Origin: a virus
Virus record (IMG/VR): IMGVR_UViG_3300042780_000023
Length of the DNA: 26,488 nucleotides
Direction: 5' to 3' (one strand)
Shown here: positions 7,367-17,201 of the stretch, piece by piece
Numbering within the stretch: position 1 is the stretch's first letter
Layout: the number at the start of each line of letters is the position of its first letter
Notes under the pieces: generated by a model
What the model was told of the DNA's origin: nothing
Database searches by the model: none
What the model saw: only the letters and a program-made list of their open reading frames with translations
Made by a program: the position numbers and the translations under genes

Positions 7367-7827
7367 TACTAATGGAAGCTGAAGTTTTAATTAAACAGAT
7401 GCCTGCAAAGGTTTTAAAAGCTTACGAAATTTGGACTAAAACACACTCTAATAAAAAAACAGCCGAATTAATAGGTGTTAGCGAAAGAACAATAAGCGTT
7501 TGGAAGAAGAAATACCGCTGGGGGGACATAGAGGCGGAAACTTTAGCAAGGATAATAGATGAAGCTAATGATAAAGTGTCTAAAATAAAAGAAGATCAAC
7601 GAAAAATAGTAACTGCCGCTATAGCTTCAGCAATAAAACAATTAAAAGAAGGCAAAATAAAAGCACGCTCTTTTTCAGATTTAGTTACCCTTCTCAAATA
7701 CCAGCTGGAGCTCGAAGGAGAGTTTAAACAGGATGTTAATGTTAATGTGTCACTTTCACTTGCCAGCCTCCACGAAGAATTAGAGAGAAGAAGGAGAGAA
7801 GCTGGGGAGGGGATGAAGGCTGAATAA
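7363..7827 (+). CDS. terS: Terminase small subunit (HTH)
   Basis: HTH KKTAELIGVSERTISVWKKKYRW, a helical region, and position immediately before TerL. Confidence 0.7.
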   Translation: MILMEAEVLIKQMPAKVLKAYEIWTKTHSNKKTAELIGVSERTISVWKKKYRWGDIEAETLARIIDEANDKVSKIKEDQRKIVTAAIASAIKQLKEGKIKARSFSDLVTLLKYQLELEGEFKQDVNVNVSLSLASLHEELERRRREAGEGMKAE

Positions 7828-9184
7828 GGTTGATTTTGTTGATTTATTAGCTCAATGGCAGAAAGATCCTATTCAATTTATTATTGATCTTTTTGGTGAG
7901 AAGCCCGACCCTCTCCAAGCAGATGTGCTAAAGGCGATATCTAAGAATAAGAAAATAGCAGTAAGGAGTGGTCATGGAGTAGGAAAAACTTGGTTAGCAG
8001 CACGAGCAGCAATATGGTTTTTTGTAACTCATCCTCATTCTAAGGTAATAACTACTGCTCCTACTTGGCAACAGGTTAGAAAAGTTTTATGGTCTGAAAT
8101 TCATTCAGCGTTAAGAAAAGTTCCGCCAATTCTTAGAGATAATTTTGATATTTTAGATATGGATATTTATATGAAAGATAAGAATGGAGAGAGAATTCAA
8201 GATTGGTATATTACTGGGAGGAGTAGTGATAGACCAGAAAACATGCAAGGTTTCCACGCTCCTTACTTGTTTTATGTCATCGATGAGGCATCTGGTGTAA
8301 AAGATGAAATTTACGAGGCAATAGAAGGAAGTCAAACCACAGAGGCAAAAATGCTTTTAATAGGCAACCCAACCAAACCAGAAGGATATTTTTATGATGC
8401 TTTTCATAAGAACAGGGAGTTATGGGTTACTTTTCATTTATCCAGTCTTGATAGCCCGAGAGTGAGTAAAGACTGGATTGAAGAGAGAAAGCGAGAATGG
8501 GGGGAGGATAGCGTTTTATATAAGGTTAGAGTGCTCGGTGAATTCCCTGACGTAATAAGTAACGCTTTAATTCCGCTTCATTGGATTGAAAAGGCGATAA
8601 ATGTTGATCTGCATGTTGATAATTTTGATGAAATCAGAATAGGGGTAGATGTTGCGAGGATGGGAGAGGATGAAACAGTAATAACTGTGATAGGGCAAAA
8701 TGGAGAGCATATCAAAGTTATAGATATAATTTCAGCTCAAGGAAAAGAAACAACTTGGACAGCAAGGAGAGTCAAGAGGTTATATGAGAAGTATAACGCT
8801 AAAATAGTAAATGTTGATGATACTGGTGTAGGTGGTGGAGTAACAGACTTATTAAAAGAGGAGGGCGTAAAAGTCAATCCAATTAAGTTTGGAGCATCCC
8901 CTACAAGGGGGGAGGCTAAACTTCTTTTCGCTAACTTAAAAGCCCAAATTTATTATGAGCTAAGAGATTATTTTGATCCTTCTAAAGAGCAGATGATAAG
9001 CATCCCAGACCACCCAAAGTTGATTAGGGATCTTTCAGCGTTAAAACAAGATTACACGAGCAGAGATTTAATAAAAATCATTGATCCACCAAAAAGCCCG
9101 GATTACTCAGATAGTTTAGCTTTAGCGGTTACGAGAGTAGGGAGAAGAGAGGTTTTAAGACCACCAAGCGTTTTTTTGGGGTGA
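7820..9184 (+). CDS. terL: Terminase large subunit
   Basis: Walker A VRSGHGVGKT, Walker B IDEASG, coupling motif IGNP, RNase H-like GVDVARMGEDET and PDYSDSLALA. The frame is open from 7817. The start at CTG 7820 is inferred; the ORF track gives GTG 7925. Confidence 0.9.
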   Translation: MNKVDFVDLLAQWQKDPIQFIIDLFGEKPDPLQADVLKAISKNKKIAVRSGHGVGKTWLAARAAIWFFVTHPHSKVITTAPTWQQVRKVLWSEIHSALRKVPPILRDNFDILDMDIYMKDKNGERIQDWYITGRSSDRPENMQGFHAPYLFYVIDEASGVKDEIYEAIEGSQTTEAKMLLIGNPTKPEGYFYDAFHKNRELWVTFHLSSLDSPRVSKDWIEERKREWGEDSVLYKVRVLGEFPDVISNALIPLHWIEKAINVDLHVDNFDEIRIGVDVARMGEDETVITVIGQNGEHIKVIDIISAQGKETTWTARRVKRLYEKYNAKIVNVDDTGVGGGVTDLLKEEGVKVNPIKFGASPTRGEAKLLFANLKAQIYYELRDYFDPSKEQMISIPDHPKLIRDLSALKQDYTSRDLIKIIDPPKSPDYSDSLALAVTRVGRREVLRPPSVFLG

Positions 9185-9190
9185 TATAGG

Positions 9191-9478
9191 TTGGTAGAAA
9201 CTAAATGGTATGTAGGAACTGTGGGCGTTAAGCTTGTCGTTGAAACAGGACAGGATTTATCTACTGCTTTTCAAGTGAGCGTTTTAGTAAAAAAGCCTGA
9301 TGGGACACAAGAAGAATGGATAGGAACTGCTAACGGCACACAGATAGAGTATATTATTCAAAATGGAGATTTAGACCAAGCTGGAATCTACAGAATTCAA
9401 GCAAAGGTTACTTTTGCGGATGGATCTGTTTGGTATGGACATACAGATGTTTTAGTAATTTATGAGTTATTTGAGTAG
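9191..9478 (+). CDS. Virion structural protein, BppU N-terminal-like Ig fold
   Basis: VKKPDG...GDLDQAGIYRIQAKVTFADG pattern. Confidence 0.5.
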   Translation: MVETKWYVGTVGVKLVVETGQDLSTAFQVSVLVKKPDGTQEEWIGTANGTQIEYIIQNGDLDQAGIYRIQAKVTFADGSVWYGHTDVLVIYELFE

Positions 9479-9491
9479 GGGGTTGATAAAA

Positions 9492-9962
9492 ATGGGTAAA
9501 GAAAAGTTTGGGTTAAAAGGAAAGGTAAAAATACGAATTTTTAAGGCGAAAACAGGCGAAGTTATAGAGGAAGAGTTTGATAATTTGGTAGTGAACGCTG
9601 GAAAAGCAGAAGTAGCTAAATTAATTGGCTCTGGGCTTGGAGGAACAGCATTTGGTTATATAGCGATTGGAACTGGGACTACAGCGGAAGCAGCAACTGA
9701 TACAGCAATGGAGGTAGAATTAAAGAGGAAAGCCGCAACTGTTACAAGCGTTACAAGCAACATTACTAACGACACCGCAAGATTTGAAGCAACATTTAGC
9801 TCTGATGACGGGCTAACTGGAACTTCCGCTGTTACCGAATATGGGTTATTTAACGACCCCACCGCTGGAACTATGCTCAGCAGAGTAGTTCAATCAGCTA
9901 AAAACCTGGACTGGGACGCCGGGGACAGTCTCACCGTCACGTGGGATATTATTGTCAGCTGA
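9492..9962 (+). CDS. Virion protein resembling a tail-collar/fibre attachment domain
   Basis: NLVVNAG...YIAIGTG...ATDT..E.E..RK...TEYGLF pattern. ATG 9492 follows a GGGGGT RBS. Confidence 0.55.
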   Translation: MGKEKFGLKGKVKIRIFKAKTGEVIEEEFDNLVVNAGKAEVAKLIGSGLGGTAFGYIAIGTGTTAEAATDTAMEVELKRKAATVTSVTSNITNDTARFEATFSSDDGLTGTSAVTEYGLFNDPTAGTMLSRVVQSAKNLDWDAGDSLTVTWDIIVS

Positions 9963-9976
9963 TTTTTTTGCTTTTT
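9963..9976 (+). terminator. T-tract terminator candidate
   Basis: tttttttgcttttt directly after the stop at 9962. Confidence 0.35.
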
Positions 9977-10013
9977 ACCTACTAACTAAATTAAGTAAGC
10001 AGGTGAAGTAAAA

Positions 10014-11141
10014 ATGACTTGGCTAACAGGGTGGACGTATAGACGAAGCATCACCATAACGGAGCAAAGCGGGAGTGATTTAACAGATTATCAAGTAAAA
10101 ATAGAATTAAATAGTTCAAACTTTGACTTTTCTAAAGCAAATGCTGATGGTAGCGATATTAGGTTTGCAGCAGAGGATGGGACAACATTATTGCCTTATT
10201 GGATTGAAGAATGGGATAGCGGTAATCAAACAGCAAAGATATGGGTAAAAATTCCAAGTTTGTTAGCAAATTCAAGCATAACGATTTATATGTATTATGG
10301 GAACGAGAACGCAGTAAGTGAGAGTAACGCTGAAGAAGTTTTTGACTTTTACGACGATTTCAACGGCACGGATTTAGACTTTAGCAAGTGGAAGAAAGAA
10401 GGGAACTTAAATTATTCACTATCTAACGGCATGTTAACAATTGAGGAGACAGCGGGAACATGGGGGTTTATACGACCGCTTAAGAATTTTCCATCAAGGA
10501 ACATAGTTTTTGAGGCCTACAGGAAACATAACAGTGGGTCAGAAGTGAATCATTATATACACAATTATGATGCAAACAGGAACATATGGGAGAATAAAAG
10601 CTGGTATAGGGCCGAAACAAGAACCACAGACACTTATGGAATAACCCGTTATACTCAGAGTGACTCTTCACAAACACAGTTATATCGCACATCTTTAGAA
10701 ATTAACATTTTTAGGCTTTACAGCGTTGCGATCGATGACACGAATATTAAATTTTACGTTGATAATGTTTTAAAGTATAGTGAAGCCTGTAGGCTTTCAG
10801 AACTGGACAGGCTTTATTATTCAATATCTTTATGGTACTATGGAAACGGGACTATAGACTGGGTGAGAGTGAGAAAATACGCAGATCCAGAGCCGACTTT
10901 CACGGTTAGTGCTGAGGGAGTCCCTATATCAGGTATAGTAAAGTTGTCAGATGGAACGCCCGTGAGTGGTGCTACTGTAATCTGTATAAGGGAAGACACT
11001 AATACAATAGTTGGAGTTACAACATCGCAAACAGATGGGAGTTATACTGTTTCGGCTGCTGAGGGAGTTAAAAATACCGTTATAGTAATTCCATCTGATG
11101 GCACACAAAATGGAGATATTAAGTGTCATATAGTGCCTTAA
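10014..11141 (+). CDS. DUF2341 / ConA-like adhesin-type protein with C-terminal carboxypeptidase-regulatory-like Ig domain
   Basis: WTYRRSIT...DGSDIRF...LPYWIE...IWVKIP...IYMYYGN (DUF2341), FDFYDDF, and ISGIVK..DGTPVSGATV...TSQTDGSY. Confidence 0.75.
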   Translation: MTWLTGWTYRRSITITEQSGSDLTDYQVKIELNSSNFDFSKANADGSDIRFAAEDGTTLLPYWIEEWDSGNQTAKIWVKIPSLLANSSITIYMYYGNENAVSESNAEEVFDFYDDFNGTDLDFSKWKKEGNLNYSLSNGMLTIEETAGTWGFIRPLKNFPSRNIVFEAYRKHNSGSEVNHYIHNYDANRNIWENKSWYRAETRTTDTYGITRYTQSDSSQTQLYRTSLEINIFRLYSVAIDDTNIKFYVDNVLKYSEACRLSELDRLYYSISLWYYGNGTIDWVRVRKYADPEPTFTVSAEGVPISGIVKLSDGTPVSGATVICIREDTNTIVGVTTSQTDGSYTVSAAEGVKNTVIVIPSDGTQNGDIKCHIVP

Positions 11142-11152
11142 CGGTGGCATAA

Positions 11153-12262
11153 ATGACTTATACCCCTCCTTCATCAAACAATGTGGAACTAACTATACAA
11201 ACAAGTTATTCATCACCAGCATCTACAAACGTAGAGCTTATAATAGATTTAGGTGTAGTAACTTACTCTATTACAATAGTAGAAGGAATGACTTTAGTAA
11301 GTTCTCCAGCCAAGCAATTAAGCAGGGTACAACAAATAGCATTAACTTTAACTTTAGCAGAGGATTTACAAAAAGTATTACCTTTGCTTGTATCAAATAC
11401 TGATAATATAACTTTAAACGAGAGCTTATTAAAAAAGGAGTTGGTGAGAAAGCTACTTAGCGAGATTATAACTTTAACTGAAGACTTGGCTAAGCAAGGC
11501 GTTCTTAATTTACCTTTATCAGAGCTTTTGTTTTTGGATGAAGACACTACCACAGCGGGAGACTTCAAGTCCGGCTTAGTTGATAATGTTACACTCGTCG
11601 AAGCGATATTTTATATTAAGCAGTTAAACAGCATTTTGAAAGAGAGCATTAATATAAATGAAGTAACAGCATTCACAAGTTTAATAAATAAAATACTATC
11701 TGATTTAGTAAACTTAATTGAAAATGTAGATTTAAAATCAGGAAGCGGGCAGTATATAGTAGATACATTATCTCTTTCAGAGGAGAGAAGGCTTAATTTA
11801 TTAAGCGCATTAGTAGACAGCGTTGTTTTGCAAGAGCTTTTAACGAAAGTTTATACTGCCTTCATACAAAATATAGAGAACATACATCTGAGCGAAAAGA
11901 CTGAGAGGAGGATTGGTATAAGCTATAGCGAGGCAATAACTCTATTAGATACAATCATAAAAGAATTAAAAATTATACTGTATGACAACATAGCATTAAA
12001 CGAGTTTATTACTTATCATTTAACAGCTTCTCTTTTAACTGAGATAATGTTAAACGAAGCCCAGCAAGGGAGCGCTTACTTAACGGAACAAATCCTCGAC
12101 ACGTTAGGGTTAAGCGATCAAATTGATGTAATCCGTCAATTGCTCACTATTTCCGGCGAGTATAATTTAGTTTCATTGATTTTAACGGCTAAATTGCTTA
12201 ATTCTGATATTGGAGCGATAATAAAGTTATACTCTTTAATTAAAAAAGAGGAGGATATATGA
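11153..12262 (+). CDS. Repetitive virion fibre-like protein
   Basis: Recurring [D/E]x[ILV]x[LI]x[D/E] units about 18-21 aa apart. N-terminal duplicate YTPPSSNNVEL / YSSPASTNVEL. Confidence 0.55.
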   Translation: MTYTPPSSNNVELTIQTSYSSPASTNVELIIDLGVVTYSITIVEGMTLVSSPAKQLSRVQQIALTLTLAEDLQKVLPLLVSNTDNITLNESLLKKELVRKLLSEIITLTEDLAKQGVLNLPLSELLFLDEDTTTAGDFKSGLVDNVTLVEAIFYIKQLNSILKESININEVTAFTSLINKILSDLVNLIENVDLKSGSGQYIVDTLSLSEERRLNLLSALVDSVVLQELLTKVYTAFIQNIENIHLSEKTERRIGISYSEAITLLDTIIKELKIILYDNIALNEFITYHLTASLLTEIMLNEAQQGSAYLTEQILDTLGLSDQIDVIRQLLTISGEYNLVSLILTAKLLNSDIGAIIKLYSLIKKEEDI

Positions 12263-13530
12263 TGAAAATTGATTTAAAAGGTTTATTTAAACAAAAGCAA
12301 GTGCCTAAGCCTCCAGTAGAACTTAGAAAATCAAACTCATCTACTTTGGAATATGCACAATTAACAACAAAAGCATATGCTTTAGATAGAGAGCTCTTAA
12401 TCTTATGTGAGAATGCTTATTTAAGTGAGCCCTTAACCAGAAAGGGAATACTGAAACGAAGCCATGATACTTTTGAGAGATGGATCACAATTATAACAGA
12501 AAACGAAGCAATAGAAGAAGCCTTTTATGAGCTCGAGGATAAAACAGACTTGAAAAATAAATTAATTGACCTGCTTAAAAACGCAATGATCTATGGCGTT
12601 GGTTACTTAGAGATAATCTTTGAAAACGATGATAGAAGAGCTGAGGAAGAGCCTCCTAAAACGCCAATCATAGGGATTGAATTAATAGATCCAAAGACAA
12701 TTTGCCCAGTTTACCAGTCTGATCCTAAAAAAGAAGATTATGGAGAACTGCTTTATTATGAGCAGAGAATAAACGAACTGCCGGGTTATGGGCTCAAAAT
12801 TCATCCAAAACGGATAATTGAATTTAAATACGATACGATAGGCGATGGAAAGAGACCAATCGGTGTTATAGAACCGATGCTTTATGTTATTGAAGCCAAA
12901 ATAACGCTAGATAAAGCGTCTGGAAAAATACCCAAAAAAGTGATCTCTCAGATTATAACTGCTACTTTAAAAGGTGATGGTGTTACTCAGCAACTATTAG
13001 ATGAATGGGCAAAGGCTTTTGCGAAAATGGAAGATGTAGGTCGTTTCGTTACTCCCGAAATGGTAGAAGTGGATATTAAAGAGGGAGGAAAGGCTTTAGA
13101 TATTAAGCCTTATTCAGAGCATTTAATCTATCAGATAGCTGGAGGAGTAGGAGTTCCTTATACCGTTTTGCTTGGATCAGGGCACGGAACATTAAGCACA
13201 GCTGAAACTAATTTAAGAGATTATTATAGTGATCTAAAAGACCTTCAAGTAAGATTTACACCGATAATTACGAGATTACTGGACTGGGAGCTTGAAGCGA
13301 GAGGAATTAGCGGAGATTATGATATCGTATGGAACGAGATTTACGCTGATGAAAAGAGCGAAGCAGAGGTTTTAGCTACAAAAGCGAAGGCAATAGACCT
13401 TCTTCTTATGAGCGGAGTTATAAGCGTTAATGAAGCAAGAGAATATCTTAACCTGCCCCCTTTGGAAGAAGAGGAATTGATGGAGAGATACGGCACACCA
13501 GTCAAAAGAGGTAGGTATGCTCATGGCTAA
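12259..13530 (+). CDS. Portal protein
   Basis: 423 aa. Helical N-terminus, IHPKRIIEF, IAGGVGVPYTVLLG, and LLMSGVISVNEAREYLNLPP C-terminus. Position before the MuF gene. Confidence 0.85.
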   Translation: MMKIDLKGLFKQKQVPKPPVELRKSNSSTLEYAQLTTKAYALDRELLILCENAYLSEPLTRKGILKRSHDTFERWITIITENEAIEEAFYELEDKTDLKNKLIDLLKNAMIYGVGYLEIIFENDDRRAEEEPPKTPIIGIELIDPKTICPVYQSDPKKEDYGELLYYEQRINELPGYGLKIHPKRIIEFKYDTIGDGKRPIGVIEPMLYVIEAKITLDKASGKIPKKVISQIITATLKGDGVTQQLLDEWAKAFAKMEDVGRFVTPEMVEVDIKEGGKALDIKPYSEHLIYQIAGGVGVPYTVLLGSGHGTLSTAETNLRDYYSDLKDLQVRFTPIITRLLDWELEARGISGDYDIVWNEIYADEKSEAEVLATKAKAIDLLLMSGVISVNEAREYLNLPPLEEEELMERYGTPVKRGRYAHG

Positions 13531-14272
13531 GCCTGATCTCGATATTCTGTTTAAAGTTGTAGATGATCTACTGTATAATATGCTCGAGGCGACTAAGGAA
13601 GGTAGTATTAAGTATATAGAAGAAGCGTATAAGAAAGGGCTCGATAAAGCTAACTCAGATCTCAAAAAATATGGTTGGACTTTTGATATTCCTCCGGATC
13701 CTCACAGCATTGAATTTTTAGAGCAATACACTTTTGATCTGATTACAGGCGTAGGAGAGGATGTAAGAAAGGAAATACGGAGAGTGGTTAGGCAGGGAAT
13801 TTTAGACGGTAAAAGTATGCAAAAAGTAGCGAAAGAGTTGAGAGATGTAGGTTTTACAAGAAAGAAATGGCGATTAAACACTATCGCAAGAACTGAGGTA
13901 ATGAGAGCAAGTAATTATGGAAGGTTAGAGGGGTATAAAAAAAGCGGAGTAGTGAAATACAAACAATGGCTTACTGCTTTTGATGATAGGACTTGCCCAG
14001 AATGTGAGGCGATGAATGGAGAAATAGCGGAGATAGATAAGCCTTTTTCGTCTGGAGAACAAGCTCCTCCTCTTCATCCTAATTGTAGATGCACGATTGT
14101 TCCAGTTTTTGAAAAAAAGGAATTAAGACGGCATTATCATTTTGGTAGAAAGGGGGAGTTAAACGTCAAGAGGATAGAGGCAAAATTTGCGAGACATCTT
14201 CAAAATAGCTTTAAAGAGATTATTAAGGCAGTTATAGAGCTAATAAGCCAATATTGGGGTGTTTTAGCTTGA
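13517..14272 (+). CDS. Mu gpF / SPP1 gp7-like minor head protein
   Basis: IARTEVMRASN, KQWLTAFDDRTCPEC, PPLHPNCRC. Confidence 0.9.
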   Translation: MLMAKPDLDILFKVVDDLLYNMLEATKEGSIKYIEEAYKKGLDKANSDLKKYGWTFDIPPDPHSIEFLEQYTFDLITGVGEDVRKEIRRVVRQGILDGKSMQKVAKELRDVGFTRKKWRLNTIARTEVMRASNYGRLEGYKKSGVVKYKQWLTAFDDRTCPECEAMNGEIAEIDKPFSSGEQAPPLHPNCRCTIVPVFEKKELRRHYHFGRKGELNVKRIEAKFARHLQNSFKEIIKAVIELISQYWGVLA

Positions 14273-14595
14273 CTGGCATCGAATTAATTGGGTTTAAATC
14301 ACTTAATAAGAAGCTACAGCAGTTAGAAGAGCTGGATAAAAAAATAGAGATAATAGCTTTAATGGTTGAAAAAGAGGCAAAGGAACTTTGTCCCGTTAGA
14401 ACTGGTCGTTTAAGGGCGTCTATCCATGCTGGAAAAGAAAACAAATATACTCATTATGTAGGCACGAATGTAGAATATGCTCCTTTTGTCGAGTTTGGAA
14501 CGAGAAAAATGAGAGCACAGCCGTATTTACGCCCTGCAGTTAAAAAGGTAGTTAATTATGTGAAACAACAAGGAATAAGCTGGTGGATAGATTGA
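14269..14595 (+). CDS. HK97 gp10-like neck/tail completion protein
   Basis: CPVRTGRLRASI and YAPFVEFGTRKMRAQPYLRPA. TTG 14269 overlaps the upstream TGA. Confidence 0.8.
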   Translation: MTGIELIGFKSLNKKLQQLEELDKKIEIIALMVEKEAKELCPVRTGRLRASIHAGKENKYTHYVGTNVEYAPFVEFGTRKMRAQPYLRPAVKKVVNYVKQQGISWWID

Positions 14596-14867
14596 ACGGA
14601 GAATATGACGAAAAGTTTGGAAAGATTTTTGAAAAACTTGAAAATCAGGAAATGATTTTACAGGAGATAAAAGAGAGATTAAAGGCAATTGATACGCTAC
14701 AAGAAAGGGTTCTTAGGTTAGAGTTATGGGCTACTCACCACGATAAAATGCATATGTTAGATAATAAAAACATTATTATCGATAAGCAGACAGGGTTGGC
14801 TATTTTAAGCATTTTAGCCGCAGGAGGCTTTTTTGGTTATATACTTAGTTTAATATTAGGGGGGTGA
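14583..14867 (+). CDS. Coiled-coil protein with C-terminal TM helix
   Basis: Heptad N-terminus and a hydrophobic C-terminus LAILSILAAGGFFGYILSLILGG. Confidence 0.65.
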   Translation: MDRLNGEYDEKFGKIFEKLENQEMILQEIKERLKAIDTLQERVLRLELWATHHDKMHMLDNKNIIIDKQTGLAILSILAAGGFFGYILSLILGG

Positions 14868-16234
14868 AAATAACGAAGGAAAAAGTAAAACTAACAGTAG
14901 GAATTGATAAGGGCGAACTTTTAGAAGAAGGCACAATTATTAAACTTCCACTCTCAACGATACTTAGCGAAGGAACGCATAACGGTATTCTCTTCTTAGC
15001 CGAAGAAATAGAAAAAGCAAAAGTCCCTCAGGTTTTTCCGCTTACATTAAATCATAGTAGGGATGTTGAGGATGAAGTAGGATGGTGGGAGAGTCCAAGA
15101 GTTGAAGACAATAAACTAAGAGCAATCCCAGTTATAAATCTCGAAACGTCAAAAGGTAAAGCCGCATTAGGATACGTAAAGAATAGGCTTCAAGCTGGGT
15201 TAGTTCCAGAAGTCTCTGTTGAAGTATGGGCTGATATCGATACAGACGATAAAGGTAACAGAGTTGCGAGGAATTTAGAAATAGATAAGGCTTCTTTAGT
15301 CGATAGAGGAGCATGTAATCCAGAAAAAGGCTGTGGTATTGGTTTAAAGGAGGGGATAAAGATGGGTGTTGTTCCTAAGCACCCGTGGAAGTATGGTAAA
15401 GACGCTGAAAGCTCCTGGAGTAAACCAAATCTAAGCGATTTTACTTCAAAGAGATGGGATGAGCTTTCAGATGCAGAGAAAAGGACTATAGCAGGGCATT
15501 TTGCTTGGGCTGAGAAAATGCCTCCAGAGACTTATGGACAATTAAAACTGCCTCACCACGATCCAAAGTCCCACGCCGTGGTTTGGAACGGAGTTAGAGC
15601 CGCAATGGCAGCATTAATGGGAGCAAGGGGAGGCGTTAATATCCCAAGTGCTGATAAAAAGAAAGTTTACTCACACTTATCTGCACACTATAAAGAATTC
15701 GATAAACAGCCACCAGAGGCGAAATTTAGCGAAGAAGGGGAGATTTTAGAGTTTAGATTTTTTGAAGGAGAAGAGGAGTTTTTTGAAATGGAGGACGGAG
15801 TTATGAATGAGGAAATACCGGAAATGGAGGAGCAACAAGAAGTGGAAGCAACTATTGAACAAGAAGAGAATAAGCTTGAATTCTGCAAGGATGAATATGA
15901 AGCTCTTATTAAAGAAAAAGAAGAAGAGATTTCTAAACTTAAAGCAGAGATTGAAGAGCTAAAGAAACTTTATGAAGACGCTAAAGCGAAAGTAGACGCT
16001 TATGAGCAGAGAGAAAAAGAAGAGCTAATAAACGAGTTAAAGAAGCTTAACCCCGATTTTGACCCAAAAGGGAAAGAATTGGAGGAATTAAGGTTTTTGG
16101 TTGAATTTGCGAAAGGCGTTAAGAAGTTTGGGCGTAAGAGTTTGGTTATTTCGCCCGTTGAGGACGATCCGAGGAAAAAATATGAGGAAATTTTGAGAAT
16201 GAAAGTTAAAGAAATGTTAAGGAGGAGTGAATGA
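14864..16234 (+). CDS. Prohead protease - accessory domain - scaffold fusion
   Basis: LTLNHSRD...VGW (His) and VSVE (Ser) protease-like motifs, a central LKLPHH/VVWNGVRAAM domain, an acidic coiled-coil C-terminus, and position directly before the MCP. Confidence 0.75.
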   Translation: MKITKEKVKLTVGIDKGELLEEGTIIKLPLSTILSEGTHNGILFLAEEIEKAKVPQVFPLTLNHSRDVEDEVGWWESPRVEDNKLRAIPVINLETSKGKAALGYVKNRLQAGLVPEVSVEVWADIDTDDKGNRVARNLEIDKASLVDRGACNPEKGCGIGLKEGIKMGVVPKHPWKYGKDAESSWSKPNLSDFTSKRWDELSDAEKRTIAGHFAWAEKMPPETYGQLKLPHHDPKSHAVVWNGVRAAMAALMGARGGVNIPSADKKKVYSHLSAHYKEFDKQPPEAKFSEEGEILEFRFFEGEEEFFEMEDGVMNEEIPEMEEQQEVEATIEQEENKLEFCKDEYEALIKEKEEEISKLKAEIEELKKLYEDAKAKVDAYEQREKEELINELKKLNPDFDPKGKELEELRFLVEFAKGVKKFGRKSLVISPVEDDPRKKYEEILRMKVKEMLRRSE

Positions 16235-17178
16235 AAATGGTAGATGTAGCTAAACTTCAAAAGGAGTTTGAGGAACTTGCAACTACTACTACAAGCGATA
16301 TATCAGCTATTATAAAGAGCGAAGTATTTTCTAAGCTAATAGTAGATGAGGCAGCTCTTGGTAGGAAACTTGCCGGGATTATCTCTGCAGTTCAAGAAGA
16401 CCTGCAAAAAGGCGATGGCGATACTATAAAAGTTAGAATATTCCCCAAAATTTCCGTCGCTCAGGTAGCGGAAGGAGCGGCTAATGAACTTGCGGCTTAT
16501 CATCCATTCTCTTCAAGCGTGACGATAAACAGGTATTCTGCTACGGTCCCACTAACAGGACAGAGCATTTACGAGGCATCTGTAGATCTACAGGCTAAGA
16601 TTATTTCAAGATTAGCAGATGCATGGGCTGAGAAAATGGATGAAGTAATCACCCAAAAGCTCGACCTAGGAGCGGCAACAGGAACAAACTATACTCCAGC
16701 CGTTAAAGAAGTTCTCGCTTCAGCGGGAGACTTTTCAGACTTTTACGCTAAGCTAAAAGCTCTCGTTGATACTATGAGATATAGCAAGGGACTTAACCCA
16801 GATTATCTTATTATACCAAAAGAGATTAAAGCACAACTTATAAGCGATTATGAAGATGGAACAAAGAGGTATGCAATAGAAGTCGATGAGAATGGAGAGC
16901 TTAAGAGCGTGTATGGGCTTAAAGTAATAGTTGCTCCTTTTGCATCATCGGATAAGACACCTAACCAAGTCGTTGCGGTTGTGCTCGATAGCTCTATAGC
17001 AGTTGTCGAAGCAAGAGGAAAACCAGCCCTATTTGAAGAAAAGAGAGAGCCTGAGTATGACATCTACAAAGAAGTGTTTAACGCATACTGGGGAGTAGAT
17101 GTTGTTAAAGCAGATCTCGACGGTAATAGCATAGCTGAAGCAATAGGTATTGGACAAGTAGTGAACCCAGAGGCCTGA
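16231..17178 (+). CDS. Major capsid protein (HK97 fold)
   Basis: 315 aa after the scaffold. GDTIKVRIFP, VAEGA, YLIIP, VYGLKVIV and a following terminator. Confidence 0.85.
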   Translation: MKMVDVAKLQKEFEELATTTTSDISAIIKSEVFSKLIVDEAALGRKLAGIISAVQEDLQKGDGDTIKVRIFPKISVAQVAEGAANELAAYHPFSSSVTINRYSATVPLTGQSIYEASVDLQAKIISRLADAWAEKMDEVITQKLDLGAATGTNYTPAVKEVLASAGDFSDFYAKLKALVDTMRYSKGLNPDYLIIPKEIKAQLISDYEDGTKRYAIEVDENGELKSVYGLKVIVAPFASSDKTPNQVVAVVLDSSIAVVEARGKPALFEEKREPEYDIYKEVFNAYWGVDVVKADLDGNSIAEAIGIGQVVNPEA

Positions 17179-17187
17179 TAGCGTAGC

Positions 17188-17201
17188 TTTTCTTTTTCTT
17201 T
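17188..17201 (+). terminator. T-tract terminator after MCP
   Basis: ttttctttttcttt. Confidence 0.5.

Noticed and set aside
10014-11141. Diversity-generating retroelement target
   Set aside because: No reverse transcriptase, and no TR/VR pair differing at adenines was found by eye.
12259-13530. Anti-CBASS Acb1-type label sometimes attached to this portal-like family
   Set aside because: Size, motifs and synteny indicate a portal, and no 2H phosphoesterase HxT/S motifs were seen.
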